A DNA stretch of 64,000 nucleotides from Psammoneis japonica (taxonomy: Eukaryota): assembly GCA_008632985.1 (NCBI GenBank), contig QPGO01000052.1:186001-250000 (forward strand), written 5' to 3'. The notes under the pieces are model-generated. The model made no database searches. It was not told the DNA's origin and worked only from the letters and a program-made list of their open reading frames with translations. Positions 48,859 through 60,945 of this stretch are shown here, one piece after another (the stretch's first letter is position 1; every line of letters starts with the position of its first letter). The position numbers and the translations under genes are program-made.

Positions 48859-51662
48859 CTAATCTGAGTCCTCCGAGTAGACGGTTTCTGAGCTCTCATC
48901 ATCCTCGTCATCTTCAAACAAAACACTCCCGTCTACAGCATAAACCGTGGCACCACGAGGTGCGCCAATACCTTCTGGGGATGTTGCCAAGATATCTTCT
49001 GCCGAAAAGCGACACATGACTTGGGTTGATGCGCTGTGTAAAGTGAGAGTGGGGAAGAGCTCTTCTTCCATCGGAACTAATAGGGGCAGCGTTGAGACAG
49101 GACCAGGCATTTGGTGTGGCAAGTGCTGCGTTCCCATCGAAGCGGCAGCGACGTCAGCCCTTGGAGTAGCTCCAGAAATCGCTCCGCCTATGGGAGTTGA
49201 AAACAGTGGAGGAGATACAACCGTGCCATTCACATTAAACGTAATGGCAGCTGTAATCATTACGCCGTCCCATGTTTCAAAAGCCGACTCGTCGTCCAGA
49301 TATACAAGGCATCCCACGGTCGAATTGTCGCCATAAGAGCTCCGACTTAGGTCCAGAGGACTGCACCAGTTTCCAGCAGTCAGTATTTGCCCTGTGGTGC
49401 AAAGTCCGACAGAGCCCTTCCAGGCACCCACCAATGTGTTCAGCGGCATTTCTAGTGTAGAAAGGCCAATCGAGAGCGTCGCCAAAGAAGCTTGCAAAAT
49501 CACATTACCGACGGAGGTGTCATCACGGACATTTCAAAATATACAAAACAGTTTCGCAGAACAGGAACCATGCTTCGGGTGCTGCAGTATAGCACATTGC
49601 CAACTTTGGTCGCGACATGTTGTCCACAAGAAAGACTGATTCCACTTCCTTCCTCACGTGTAAACACAGCGAGACGATTCTCATCACGGAGTGCTTGCGC
49701 CATGGCCCGAGTCCTCTCATTCTCACTCTCAAGGCCATCCCTAACACGAAGCTGATCACGTGCCAAAAATACTACGTCTTCTACAAACTTCGTGCCCATC
49801 TCTAGTACCATTCTCCTTTTGGCTGGTGACGGTGGAAAGGAGCTGGGAGTGCACATAAAATGGCTCTCCAGTGGTGAAGCGGAGCCAGATGCGGGAGGAG
49901 GACCTGGGGCAATTTCTTCCTTGACGTTTGATTTTGGCATTTCGTTGCTGCGGGAAGGAAAGTCGACGTTTCCAAATGATTCATGTCTTGGTGGCCGTTT
50001 CACGGAATCATGCTCGCTGGGGGGCACAATAACCGTTGCGACAAATGGGCGTAATGACACATCGTAGTGCATCATTCGTTGAACACGCTTCTTGGCATGC
50101 TTGCTAATGATTCTTTCTTCCTCGCGCTCTTGGTAAGATATCACTTCTGCCGCAGAATTAACTGTACTTAGCTTTCGAAGCAGCTACGACACGAGGCAGA
50201 GACAAGAAAGTCAACGTGTAAGGAGCTCTTAAAATGCAAATACGACACAAATATACAGACACAGTATTCACAACGAACCATCACTTACTTTCTTATTCAT
50301 TGCGATTTCAGACTGACGATTCCTTCGTAAGCCCATTTTGCCAAAGACGCCAGAGTCCTTGCCAGATGATGCCAAAAGTGCAGATGATGACGCAGACCTC
50401 GTCGACGCCGTGTGGTGTCCGGCTCCTCCCCTCGAAAGGCGTTGTAGTGCGGCGGTGCTTGCCGACCCGACTCCTGTTGCGACGCTCTGAATACCACTCA
50501 CCAACGCTTCACTTGTTTTACCCACAGCATTAAACTGCATAGACACTGTTGCTTCAATAACGGCAAACGGGTTGAAATTCAAAATACCATCCCATATTTT
50601 GTGAACGACTAAGGACAAGGCGGAAACCACAGCATTGACAGAAGTACATTGGATTCGAAAAACAGCAAAACTGGTATCGAGGGCCAGGTCCGTAAGTCCT
50701 TCGACAACATCAATCATTACGGATAGCGGAACGTTACGCAACAGTGTGTCGATAAGAATTTTCAGTATCCGTAGTCTCTGCTCCCTCTCACGCCTTCTTC
50801 GCTTTCGCTTTCGCACCACACGACCCCCCTCTGCCATTCTTGTGCTGCTCCTCGACGGCGGCTCGGTTGGTTCTCTCAACGTTTCAGGGTCCACTTCCGA
50901 ATCTTGTTTTGCTGTAGCTTGCTGCTCTTGAATTTCCTTGCGCTGTTTGTGAATGTTGCGAGCGGCCTCGTGAGCTTCTAAGCAATACGATCGAAGTGAC
51001 CCGGGATGTGCAAACACAAACGATGTCAATTTCTGCTGTATCCACCGTTTCTGCTGTAGCTGTAAGCGTCTCATAACACTCTCGTCGTCTTCAGAGTCTT
51101 CATCTTCATCTTGGAGACCGACAAGGTCAGGACAGGAAGGAGTTCCAAGGTGTCGCTCTTCTTCAGGCAATTCACCAGCTGGAGACAGTAGCATGAGACC
51201 GGGTGTCGGTGGTGTCGTGATCATAGAGCTCCAGCTCATGAGAGGCTGTCCCATAGCTCCTTGCATGTCTCCAATTGACCAAGACGTTGGGAGCTGCTCC
51301 TGACTTAAAGTGCCGCGACGACCTCCGAGCGAAGCTATACTTTCGGCGTCCGAGACACTCAAGTACGATGCAATTTTCCTGACGATAGCCACGCCACCAT
51401 CTTGAGGAGGATACACAACGGATGACACCAGATGACTTGCTACATCATTTTCGTTCATGTGAACATAATCGGAAGGACTGCCACGAATCGGCACATGTGG
51501 AAAATAGCTCTCTGACGGCTGCGTTTGCTGTTCTTGTTCCAGTGAAGACGGAGACGACGATCCTTCGTTGTAACTTGGCGATACTTCTGTACTATCATCC
51601 AGATCTATTGATGAGACCTGCAATGATAAACCGGTTGCAGGCGCCGGTGTGCCCCTCGCCAT
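48859..51662 (-). CDS. Protein with C-terminal SPRY/B30.2-like domain (exons approx. 51662-50289 and 50183-48859; apparent frameshift near 49513)
   Basis: 'FVYFEMSV', 'LSIGLST..MPLNTLVGAW..SVGL..TG', 'SYGDNSTVGCL', 'FNVNG' and 'LFPTLTL' are SPRY-type strands. Confidence 0.75.
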
Positions 51663-52090
51663 TGTAACAGGCGATGTTTTCGTTTTAGGACGTGAGTTTC
51701 TTACTTCTTACGTACGTTGTTCTTTATTGCTGTACCCCATTGTGCTGCCGTTCCGGTGTCTTCTCGTCGCAGTTTTTTGGACGTGTTGCTGTTTATTTGC
51801 GTTTGGCGGTTGTACTGCACTAGAGTGCTAGTTATTGTACATACTATATATGTACATTGTTATGTTTATTAGCATAATTACTTCAACGCTTCCTTTCTTT
51901 CTTTTTCATACTAAAATGACTGCCACGTCGGTCACATGAGTCTTTTTGGCGGCAGCGCAGTTGTTGGTTTTCAGTTTCGACAATGATGAATGGGGTCAGC
52001 AGAATTCGTCCCGAGTATCTCTATCGCACAATAGGTTGCTGAAGCTGCAGTCCCCGCCTATTGATCTCGCCGCTTCTCATTGTTCAACTC

Positions 52091-52695
52091 ATGTCCATTC
52101 CCAAGGATCTATCTGCGCCAATGCCTCTTGCGGCCGACGCAGAACTCGTGTCGAAAATATCGACCCAAGGTCCCATTGGGCAGTGCCTCGAGGAAGCGCT
52201 GAACGAAGCCCAGGCACTATCAACTAAAGAATTAAAAGATCTAAATGATAATGAATCATCTGTCACTACCGATTCTAATGGGACAAATGCAGTCGAAAGT
52301 AACAACGATGACGAAACAGAGGTGCTTCCGATGGTCGACTCGGTCATGTCCAGACGAATCTTACAATCCTTTGGCGAAGCCGTGGCATGCACTAGCTGGC
52401 ACGAGACAGAACAATCAAGCGTTAATAGGGACCAATCGTCGAAATGCCCACCTGCTGCTTTGCTGAGGGGCCAATTAGCTCACTATAATCGTTTTGGAGG
52501 CCAATGGAGGATTGTTGCTGAGGAGGGGAGCGAACTTTTGTATCGAACCGTGGTGGAGCAACAACGTCAACACGGAAACGCGACCGACCATGTCTATGGG
52601 ATATAAGCAGAAAAAGAGCCGCAACAAAAGATCAACGAACGCCATTTGTACTCGATGAATCAACTCAGGTTTTGGCGTACGATGATATCACGTAA
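52091..52695 (+). CDS. Transcription factor IIA gamma subunit-like protein (apparent frameshift near 52555)
   Basis: 'GPIGQCLEEALNE', 'ILQSFGEAV', 'LRGQLAHYNRFGGQWRIV' and, in the -1 frame, the terminal 'QVLAYD' parallel TFIIA-gamma (Toa2) blocks. Confidence 0.6.
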
Positions 52696-52856
52696 AGAAG
52701 CAATCAAATGAACAATCAAAGGTTCAAATTGTTTTTGTTCCACCAGCGTAACTGGCTATTCCCACCAAAACAAAAAATTCGAACCGCCGTTGCATACGGT
52801 AATTTCTCGCAGCTGACAAGACATTATGCTGGTACACTTATCGTCTTTTGAAAATT

Positions 52857-53501
52857 CTAGGTCGCCAGTTTTGACTTGAACAAATTGGCAAAATCCTTTA
52901 CTTTGGCATTTTTTCGTGGTTCCTTCACCTTCGTTTTGGGACACTGCATTTCCTTCCAACTTATGGGGAACATAATTTGATGACTTGATTTACATGTAGC
53001 GCGTACAACGCCAAGCTCCGTTTCTGCAGTTGAAAGGAAATAGCGCCTCGAATCTCCCAAGGACACGATACGACATAGAACTACATCACCAGGCTGAAAA
53101 GAGTCTTGCAGTTTCACTTCTTCTGAAGCTCCTGTCCTGACGTCCTGCATACGAATAGCCCCTTCGTATTCTTGTTGTGCGAGTGTACCCGTAACACCCT
53201 CGGCCGCAACAATCTCCACAATCGCTTGCTGCCATGTAAGTCTTACGACTCTACCAAGAACAATCTGCCCAACATCCAAGACCCGAGAAGACGCAAAATG
53301 AGCTCCATCCTTCAACGATACAGACACCTTAGGCAATACGTCATCCTTGTCTGGCTCTGTCAGAACGAGCTTTCCAACGACACTCGCAAAAACATTGGCA
53401 CCGCGAATATAGCATCCGACACCAGGCGATACTTGACGAATACTGCCTATCCGATCACCTGGTGTAACCGTACTCCCGACCTCGTATCGAAGAATCGTCA
53501 T
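52857..53501 (-). CDS. CSL4: Exosome complex component CSL4/EXOSC1
   Basis: 'VTPGDRIG', S1 domain 'GAIRMQDVR...SFQPGDVVLCRIVSLGD..YFLSTAETELGVV', and 'MFPISWKEMQCPKT..KEPRK'. Confidence 0.95.
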   Translation of the reverse strand: MTILRYEVGSTVTPGDRIGSIRQVSPGVGCYIRGANVFASVVGKLVLTEPDKDDVLPKVSVSLKDGAHFASSRVLDVGQIVLGRVVRLTWQQAIVEIVAAEGVTGTLAQQEYEGAIRMQDVRTGASEEVKLQDSFQPGDVVLCRIVSLGDSRRYFLSTAETELGVVRATCKSSHQIMFPISWKEMQCPKTKVKEPRKNAKVKDFANLFKSKLAT

Positions 53502-54139
53502 TGTGGTCAAGAAAGCTGACAACAGTAAACAGCGCCGTATTTCTCATTTGTCGTCTCATTCTCTCATCGTTCATCATCGCGGGTGTCGCGGCGGCGGCCC
53601 CAGTCATATCTCACATACATAACTAATAAATATGATATTTGTGACGTCACCAGTAGAATCATACCGGGCTTTTCGTATCCGCAAACATACCATACCACTG
53701 CTGAGGTTCTGGCCGTAGGTTCTACGTAAATTTTGTACGAGTCACTGTTCGGCGGTCGTGCGTTTGAAGCGCAAAGAAACAATTGGCAGAGAAGCGCCAT
53801 GACAGCGCGGAGGGCGGCGACTCTTCAGGGATACGAAGCAACCTAAGTGAAGCAATAGCTACGCTGACTTGAACACTCTCTAATTTATTGCAACTCATAA
53901 GTTTTGATATCGCAGAGCGGGCAGTGTGTGAGGAAACAGAAAGCAAGAACACCTGCTGCGTTGCTGAAAGCCCGTGTAAACACAGCAGACGGTAATTTTC
54001 TTTACCCATCTACAAAGAAGTACAGAAGTCACTCCCCAAGGCATGGAAAGCTGCACCTGATTTGGTGTAGGTATAATCATAGCTTCTTCAAGGTGGAATC
54101 GGTGCAATTGATAAGTCCACGCGGCAAAGCTTATTCACC

Positions 54140-56735
54140 ATGATGTCCACTGCCGTCGCGACGGCAACTTCGTCTTCCGCATCATCTATTTCTCCTCCAT
54201 TGATTTCGAACAATGACGAGGAAAACGCCGTCAAGCGGAAAGCGATGAACTCGAATGATTCTTCAACTGGTGCGCAGCACGACGTGAGCATTGTCGACGA
54301 AAGAGATCCACTACCGTCAGAACTGAGGAAAATACTCTCCGAGGTGGCTCGTGCGGGCAGATGCAGTGGTCTTTCTTGGAACAGCACTCAACAAGAACCT
54401 TCCGCGGACGGGGCTGTAAGAAACAGAAATACAAGGCGGCGACGTGACAACGCTTCGTCTTCCGCATGTAACCCACGGTCATCGCCTCCGTTTCACATGG
54501 TGCCGGTACGCAAGAAACGACGCAACGGCATGTACAGCATGAGTCGCAGCAGACGACGCTATGAGGGGTCATCTACCACCACCAAGACCAGCACCACCAC
54601 AACATCATCGTCCACAACAACCACGACTCGTAAGCGACCTTTGTTTCTGATCCGGACCACATCGTCAAAGGCCTCTTCCACAACTGGGTCTGTAGGAAGC
54701 AGCGGCCGAACATCGGGGAGTGAACAAGAGGGGGATTCGACGCAGTATGAATGTGACTCAGAGGGGACATCGGCAACGACAAACAGCGAAATTAGTTTTG
54801 AGCGGAGAGAGCAACATCTGCGGGGTAACAACGCAAACAACCGGATTGCAATACATAGCAGTGCTGTTGCAGCGACACTGCATGCGAACCACACAAATGG
54901 TAGTTCAAACAAGACGACTTCTCCGCGATACTCATCGCTAAGAGAGGCAATCAGAGTTGCACTTGAACTCGTTTTACATCATGCTTACAAGTATCGGGGA
55001 GGGTATAAGTTGTCGCCCGCTGAATTGAGAAGGAATGCCACAGAAACTGGGCAACAACAAGACACGGCCGATCCGAAACACGAGAAGCCGACTGAAGCCG
55101 AGGATAGAAAAGAAGCGGGTGTTCTTGTTCCATCTAACAAGGACGTCAATGCGATGGCCGAAGCTATATTTCGCCAGCGGTGTAAGCGTTTGTTAGGTTT
55201 GTTGGGGGAGAGTCACGCCGGAGAATGTATTGTAGGGCAAAAAGCATCACCCAGTGAAGCGGTTGACTCTGGAAACAAGGCGCTCCGTGAACTACAGAGT
55301 AGTAGTACCAATGACGAGACACCCTTTACGATACAGAGAATAGCGGAAGTCCTTGTTTCGCCTCAAAGAGTGAGTTCTTGTTGACCTTTCTAGCTTTTTT
55401 TACTGTTTCTGGCTCACTCTAGTTTTGTTCTCTGGCTGTTTCAGTATTACACTCAAACGCATAAACTGTGCAATGCTCTTGAAAAGTTGCTTCTTGTTTC
55501 GTCATCTTCAGGATCCTTTGGGGGAAGCCACGGTGGTGACTCGTCTCAAAGTAGACAGGAGGTAGGTCGAAAGCTCTCTGTATTTGTTTTTTTTTCCCAA
55601 TCTGATGCGATCTCTCTGGTTGTTTAGGAACGAGAACTGGCTGCGCTCGCTAACGAAAAGGGGCGCGAGCGGCGATTGCGGCGAAGACCATCATCGTCGT
55701 CGGATGACATTGCTATGGATGACAATGATCTGCACACACTCAATGGCACCTCTCAGATGGAAACGGATTGTAGTGATCCCCAGAAAGGGCGGCTGTCACC
55801 CGAGAAGTTGAAGTCAGATAAGGAAGACGACCACACCCATACTGCTGGACATGGTCCTCATCACGTTTCAAGGGAATCTCTAGAGGCAGCTGCACGCGCC
55901 TCTCTTCGGAGCAAGTTCGATCACGTTGCGATTGACGCTCACGCTGCGTCAGCGTCGGTCGAGCGGGAAACAGGCGTGCGTCCGTCCTCGCCACCACCCC
56001 CAAACATTGGATTTGTACGACAACATTTGCAGGAACACGGACCAGGAGAATCCTACGCTGATCCGTTGGGACACAACCACCATATGATTGCGAGACCACC
56101 ATCACCAATTTTGTTTGCCCCGGGTACAGACGCTGCTTCGCCGTCAGCGTCTGCCTCTACCATCAACCCACTCAGTCCGAATCGTAGCGTTCAGTTGCTT
56201 CAGATGCACCATGCTCCATCATTGGCGGCTTTACATGGCACTCCGTTAGAGGTGGTGATTGATCCTATTGCCAGCGCTCCGTCCACGGCCACCGCCAACG
56301 TAGCTGCGCTTTTAGAGGTAAGATTGCATTGTGCATCGCCCTGTTATCTTGCTGTCGTTCATACTCGCTGACATTTTACTTGCATATCAGGCCGATCCCA
56401 CTGGTCGCTCTTCTGCTTCAAATTCCGATGTTGATTCGGAGTCGGATGATATTTCGCTAGATGACTCAGCGTCAGATAGAAGTGATGGGTCAGACTCCGG
56501 CTCCGGAACAGTTCATTATGAGCCATTCACAGCTGCTAGAGTAATGGCATTGAATAGGATGCAGCAGCAGCAACAACGCCTGCAGAGTCGGGTGCTGGCT
56601 GCGCTGAACACTGGAACCAGCGCTACGCATAGCCAGTACAACCAGGAGGGGTACCAAAGCGGTGACAGCATTGATTCTACTATGGCAGAAGATTCAGGGG
56701 GAAGTGATTCGTCGTCTTCAGACTTGGCTGATTGA
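54140..56735 (+). CDS. PP4 regulatory subunit 2 (PPP4R2/Psy4)-like protein (exons approx. 54140-55369, 55445-55561, 55628-56317, 56391-56735)
   Basis: The spliced motif 'PFTIQRIAEVLVSPQR|YYTQTHKLCNALEKLLLV' is characteristic of PPP4R2. The remainder is low-complexity. Confidence 0.75.
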
Positions 56736-57095
56736 ACTGCCCGCTATGCAGCGCGAAGTCGTCACCACCAGTTCGTTGTGATATGCGTTCCTCGATTTTA
56801 AGAGTAGAGAGAAAACGCGTAGATCTACTTTTCATAGGAAAATTGCTGCAAGCATGGATAACTGTTTATCATCTTTAGCTAAATGCGCATGCAGAGAAGT
56901 AATGCTAGCTGGAGAACACGAGTTAGAACCAAGGTTTTGGACTGGCTACTTTTGATTGCAAGGTTCTGCGGACGCAAGCATAAAAAACGATGCACAGAAT
57001 TGCTCTCGGCAGCTGGCCGATCAACCATGGCTTCTAACAAGCGGCTCGCTGTGTTGTCCTCGTTTGAAGGAAAGTTTTGGGGTCGCATTCCCTCA

Positions 57096-57236
57096 AAGAG
57101 GGCTGTCGACATAAATGGAGACAGCGCCGAGCTCCGACACGCCTGACAGGAAGCGCGAGAAGTTATCATACAGTAGCAGGCACAGCCAGCACGAAGAAGA
57201 GGGCTGTCGACATCAATGGAGACAGCGCTGAGCTCC
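57096..57236. repeat. 40 bp direct repeat pair (57096-57135, 57197-57236)
   Basis: aagagggctgtcgacat(a/c)aatggagacagcgc(c/t)gagctcc occurs twice, 101 bp apart. Confidence 0.9.
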
Positions 57237-57345
57237 CACTGCATGTACAGCTGGAATACTTTTCCATTTCAGATTCACAGCCGACATGGTTAATGATAAC
57301 AGATCACAAAATACTTGTAGAGTTCATTATTTCATAAAGCCTTGT

Positions 57346-60300
57346 TCAGAACGGAAGGAAAAACGTGTCTACGTTGTTCAGCCAATGGTCACAGACCTCT
57401 CGCTCACTCACGATTCTGTCTACATCATCTAGGTCACGGAATGAGATCCGGTATCGCAAGTTCTTTGGCTGATACTGCGACGGCGTACCACCTCGTCCGT
57501 GTGGAATCCTACCGATGGCAGCGGCAGTTGGCGGGGAAACGATTTCTTCCACCATACCGGAGTAAATTCCGTTTTCTCCAACGTCCAGGCGAATCCAGTG
57601 TCCCAGCAGTCTGTGAGCAAGACCGACCTCAAAATCTTGGTCGCAATACTGGCTACCATGTCCTCGAGGAAAGAGCTGCAAAACCTTGCCGATCTTTTCC
57701 GAAATTTCAAAAGGAACTCCATCTTTCGTCGATCGGTAATACACTTGAGTAGCGTAGGACCACATACACCGAGCCGCCCAGATCATTCTCCGACGTGCAA
57801 ACGCTGGCAGTGGGGGGTTTTCAATAAGAAAATCGAGAACAGAGTGGAGTTCTGCCTCACGATACCTAGAAATGATGAGATACATACTTTGATAGGACAT
57901 ACCACTCCTTTCATTTGTTGAAGCCTTGCGTGGAACACGCACGCATCTTCGACATTTCGAACAAAGCATAGGGACGAACCCCCGTCCTTCTGACGGACCG
58001 CCACTATTCTGAGTGAGTTCACAAGACAACGATGACAAGTCTTCGTTTTCGATTTCGTCTTCATTCCGGTTTCCATTCCCTGTAATTACGAACGAATTCC
58101 CAGGCCTCACGAAAGTCTCGTTACCGTAGCCAGAGTACTTCCTTTTCCGCACTCCGTCATACGCGTTCCCGTAGTAAACAAGGAGTTCTGTTTTTTCACC
58201 TTGAAGCAGCGTTGTCCCTTTGCGAAGAAGATAATGGACACTACCGTCATCGTGGTGTAAAGCTTCAACATTCTGAATATCAAGCCGCTGATTGAATGGC
58301 CCACCCATTTTTCCTTTTGACCTACTTGAAGATGATCTCTCTGTTCCGTCTGCAGGTTTGTCGATCTCATTTGCAAATGGAAGAAGAAGGTTTGATGCCA
58401 TCTCATGGACGAGGCCCGTCTCGTCGGATGTAATGTCAAAAATGATGTTCAAATCTACATTCTTGCCATACAAGACGCACTCAGGTTGACCTTCGCAGCT
58501 GGGAGGACCTTCGAAGCTCCACTCACTCGGCTTATTCTCGAATAGAAAATTCTTCATCTCCATCGTCACTTGATTCTTGATATCCTCAGCACGATGAGGG
58601 CCATACTTCCCAAGATCGATAAAACCTGGGGTACGCCATGACTGAAGAGGCCCGGTGTAAGTCACGAACAGTCCGCGGCCAGCGTTTGGAATGAAGGACG
58701 GTTCAACCGTTAATGCCAACCGGTGCTCAGACAAAGAACCGTTCTGGTTTTCCCGGGCTACCGTGAGAAAGCGCTTTGGCAATGGATTTGTACTTGGACT
58801 TTTCGAAAAGGCTCCTACAACTGTAGCGGAGGAATCCACCGAATGGTGATCCGTCACATTCGTCGTTATAGAGCGCGGACATATCCATTCCCGTGACGAT
58901 TGAGGCAGCTCAGCGACCTCATCGCGATTTTTTGATCGTCGCGAGCGCTTTCGTTTTCGGACTTTGTCCCGCGTTTTGGCCGGCCGACCAGAGTGATGCT
59001 TGCTCTTCTTTTGACTCTCTCCTTCCCGAAGCTGTCTGTTTCCACCACCACTACTACTACTACTGTCATAGTTCTTGCAAGACACGGTGTCCCTTTTCTG
59101 CTTTGCCAACAATCGCGTAAATGGTGGGTCGCCGTCACCCCGCTGCTGCGAATCTGGGGTCTCTGTGTCGGAGTGCTGAGCAACTTCCTCAGAAGAAGAT
59201 GGTTTCTCAAGCATTGAAACGACCGGCGTATCTGACAAGTCTGCTAAAGACGCAACTGGAACAGAGCTCCCGCTTCCCAGCACGTCTTCGCATACTCGAG
59301 GGCAAGTCTCTGGTTCGTCTGGAATTGAAAGATCTACGGGCAGTGTTGCCCGCTTTGATTTGGCAGAACCCTGTGGAACTCTTTGTCCCGGTCGGGCGCT
59401 TCTTGCTTTGTGTGTCGAAGCCTCTGCTGGAACAGACTCTGTTGGTAAAGGTGTGAAAGAATTCCTCCTCCTCTCCAGCTGATTCTGTGCTCCATGCTTT
59501 TGCGACAAACGAATTTCGATGTATGTGGAATCATCATCTGGTATTAGCTCGTCTAGGGTTGTTGCGTTCTGCCGTAAATTGCTTATTGGTGCCTCTTGTT
59601 GATGCGAGTCATTCTTAAGGGCAACTGTTGCAGCCGCTATCGATGGCGATTCTTGGGAGTCCTTGTTGCTTGACTGTGGTGAAACCCCTTCTTCATCATT
59701 GTCTGTCGTATTTGCTACTTTCTGCAATGATGCATTGGATGGTTCAGCGCGGGCTGTTGAAGCACCGCTGTCGACTTCATCGTCGTTTTCTGAGTCATAC
59801 TGACGTATTCTATGCGTACGTTTCTTTCTCATCTTGTCTCGCATTGTTCTTCTGAAAATGCGACTTGAAATAAGATGGTGAAAGTTGCATTGAATGGACG
59901 CTGCCCATTCCAAGGGGGTGCCGTAGCCTAGCGTGGTTAGATGCTCGCGATAACGTCGATAGTACAGTAGATATTCGAGCTCAAGAACAGCCCTACGCTG
60001 ATCGCCAAGTCTCGGATTTTGTTCTTGCAAAATGCCACTCTCTGAAGGGGAGCAACAAGCAACTGGAAGCCTGTCTTCAATTTTTTTCCGCCGCTGTACG
60101 CAGGGCACATCATTGTGTCGTTAGAAGCACTCAGGTTACATCCGCCGATACATACTGAATACTAGCTGTACATACCTCCTGATTATACAACGTAATCCAC
60201 CGATACGTTTCGCTAGGGTCCATATCACATCGATCACCGTCATCAAAGTGCACGTGGTACAAACCGTCGTCCAATGGCTTCCTGAGCCGACCTTTACGCT

Positions 60301-60514
60301 TTATCCGCAACAACCTTCCACTCGACACGTTGGTGGGAGGTACCAAATAAGAATGAACTCGACCCCTAAAGAGAACGTCCCTACCTTCACTGTCCTTGAA
60401 CCACTTGAGTAGACAGCAATTGAGCAAAACACCGAGTTGTTCAGTTGACAAGTCCATGTCATCGATGGCACTGGTGGCACATGCTAGCTTGTCGACATTT
60501 TTCACTGAAGTCAT
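57346..60514 (-). CDS. Divergent SET-domain-like protein with N- and C-terminal Tudor-like domains (exons 60514-60176, 60093-57346)
   Basis: 'VEPSFIPNAGRGLFV', 'PFANE' and 'GEKTELLVYYGNAY' resemble the SET N-terminal, NH and ELxxxYG motifs. 'FRGRVHSY...YHVHFDDGD' and 'YSGMVEEI...YRISFRD' are Tudor-like. Confidence 0.65.
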
Positions 60515-60945
60515 GACAAGTGTTTGCCACTCGCTACACTCTTGCTTTAAAAAAGCTATTCGACATTATTATCAAGCGATACAATTGCTTAAATCAATAA
60601 TGATGGGGACATCAAAAGAGTACTGTAGTGGAAAACGCTTGCGCTTGAAGAGACGTGTCACACACCATTGCTGACAAGGATGGATTTGGTTGTGTTTGTT
60701 GTATGAATACCGGTAGGGCCCTACAGTACCGGTATGTGCGTTTTTGCGTTTCCGGCGGCCGTTGAGCGACCTCGTGCGTTGCCCTCGCGCGCACGCACGC
60801 ACTGTGTGTTCCCGGTCCGTCCGTCCGTCCGTCACAAGCAGGCAAGCTGTACGAAAGCGCGGGAAACAGCGCGCGATCCACCGCGCCACCCGAAAATCTG
60901 GAAACGCTTCGCTCACATTCTCCGCCCGCATTCGGTGTGTTGACC

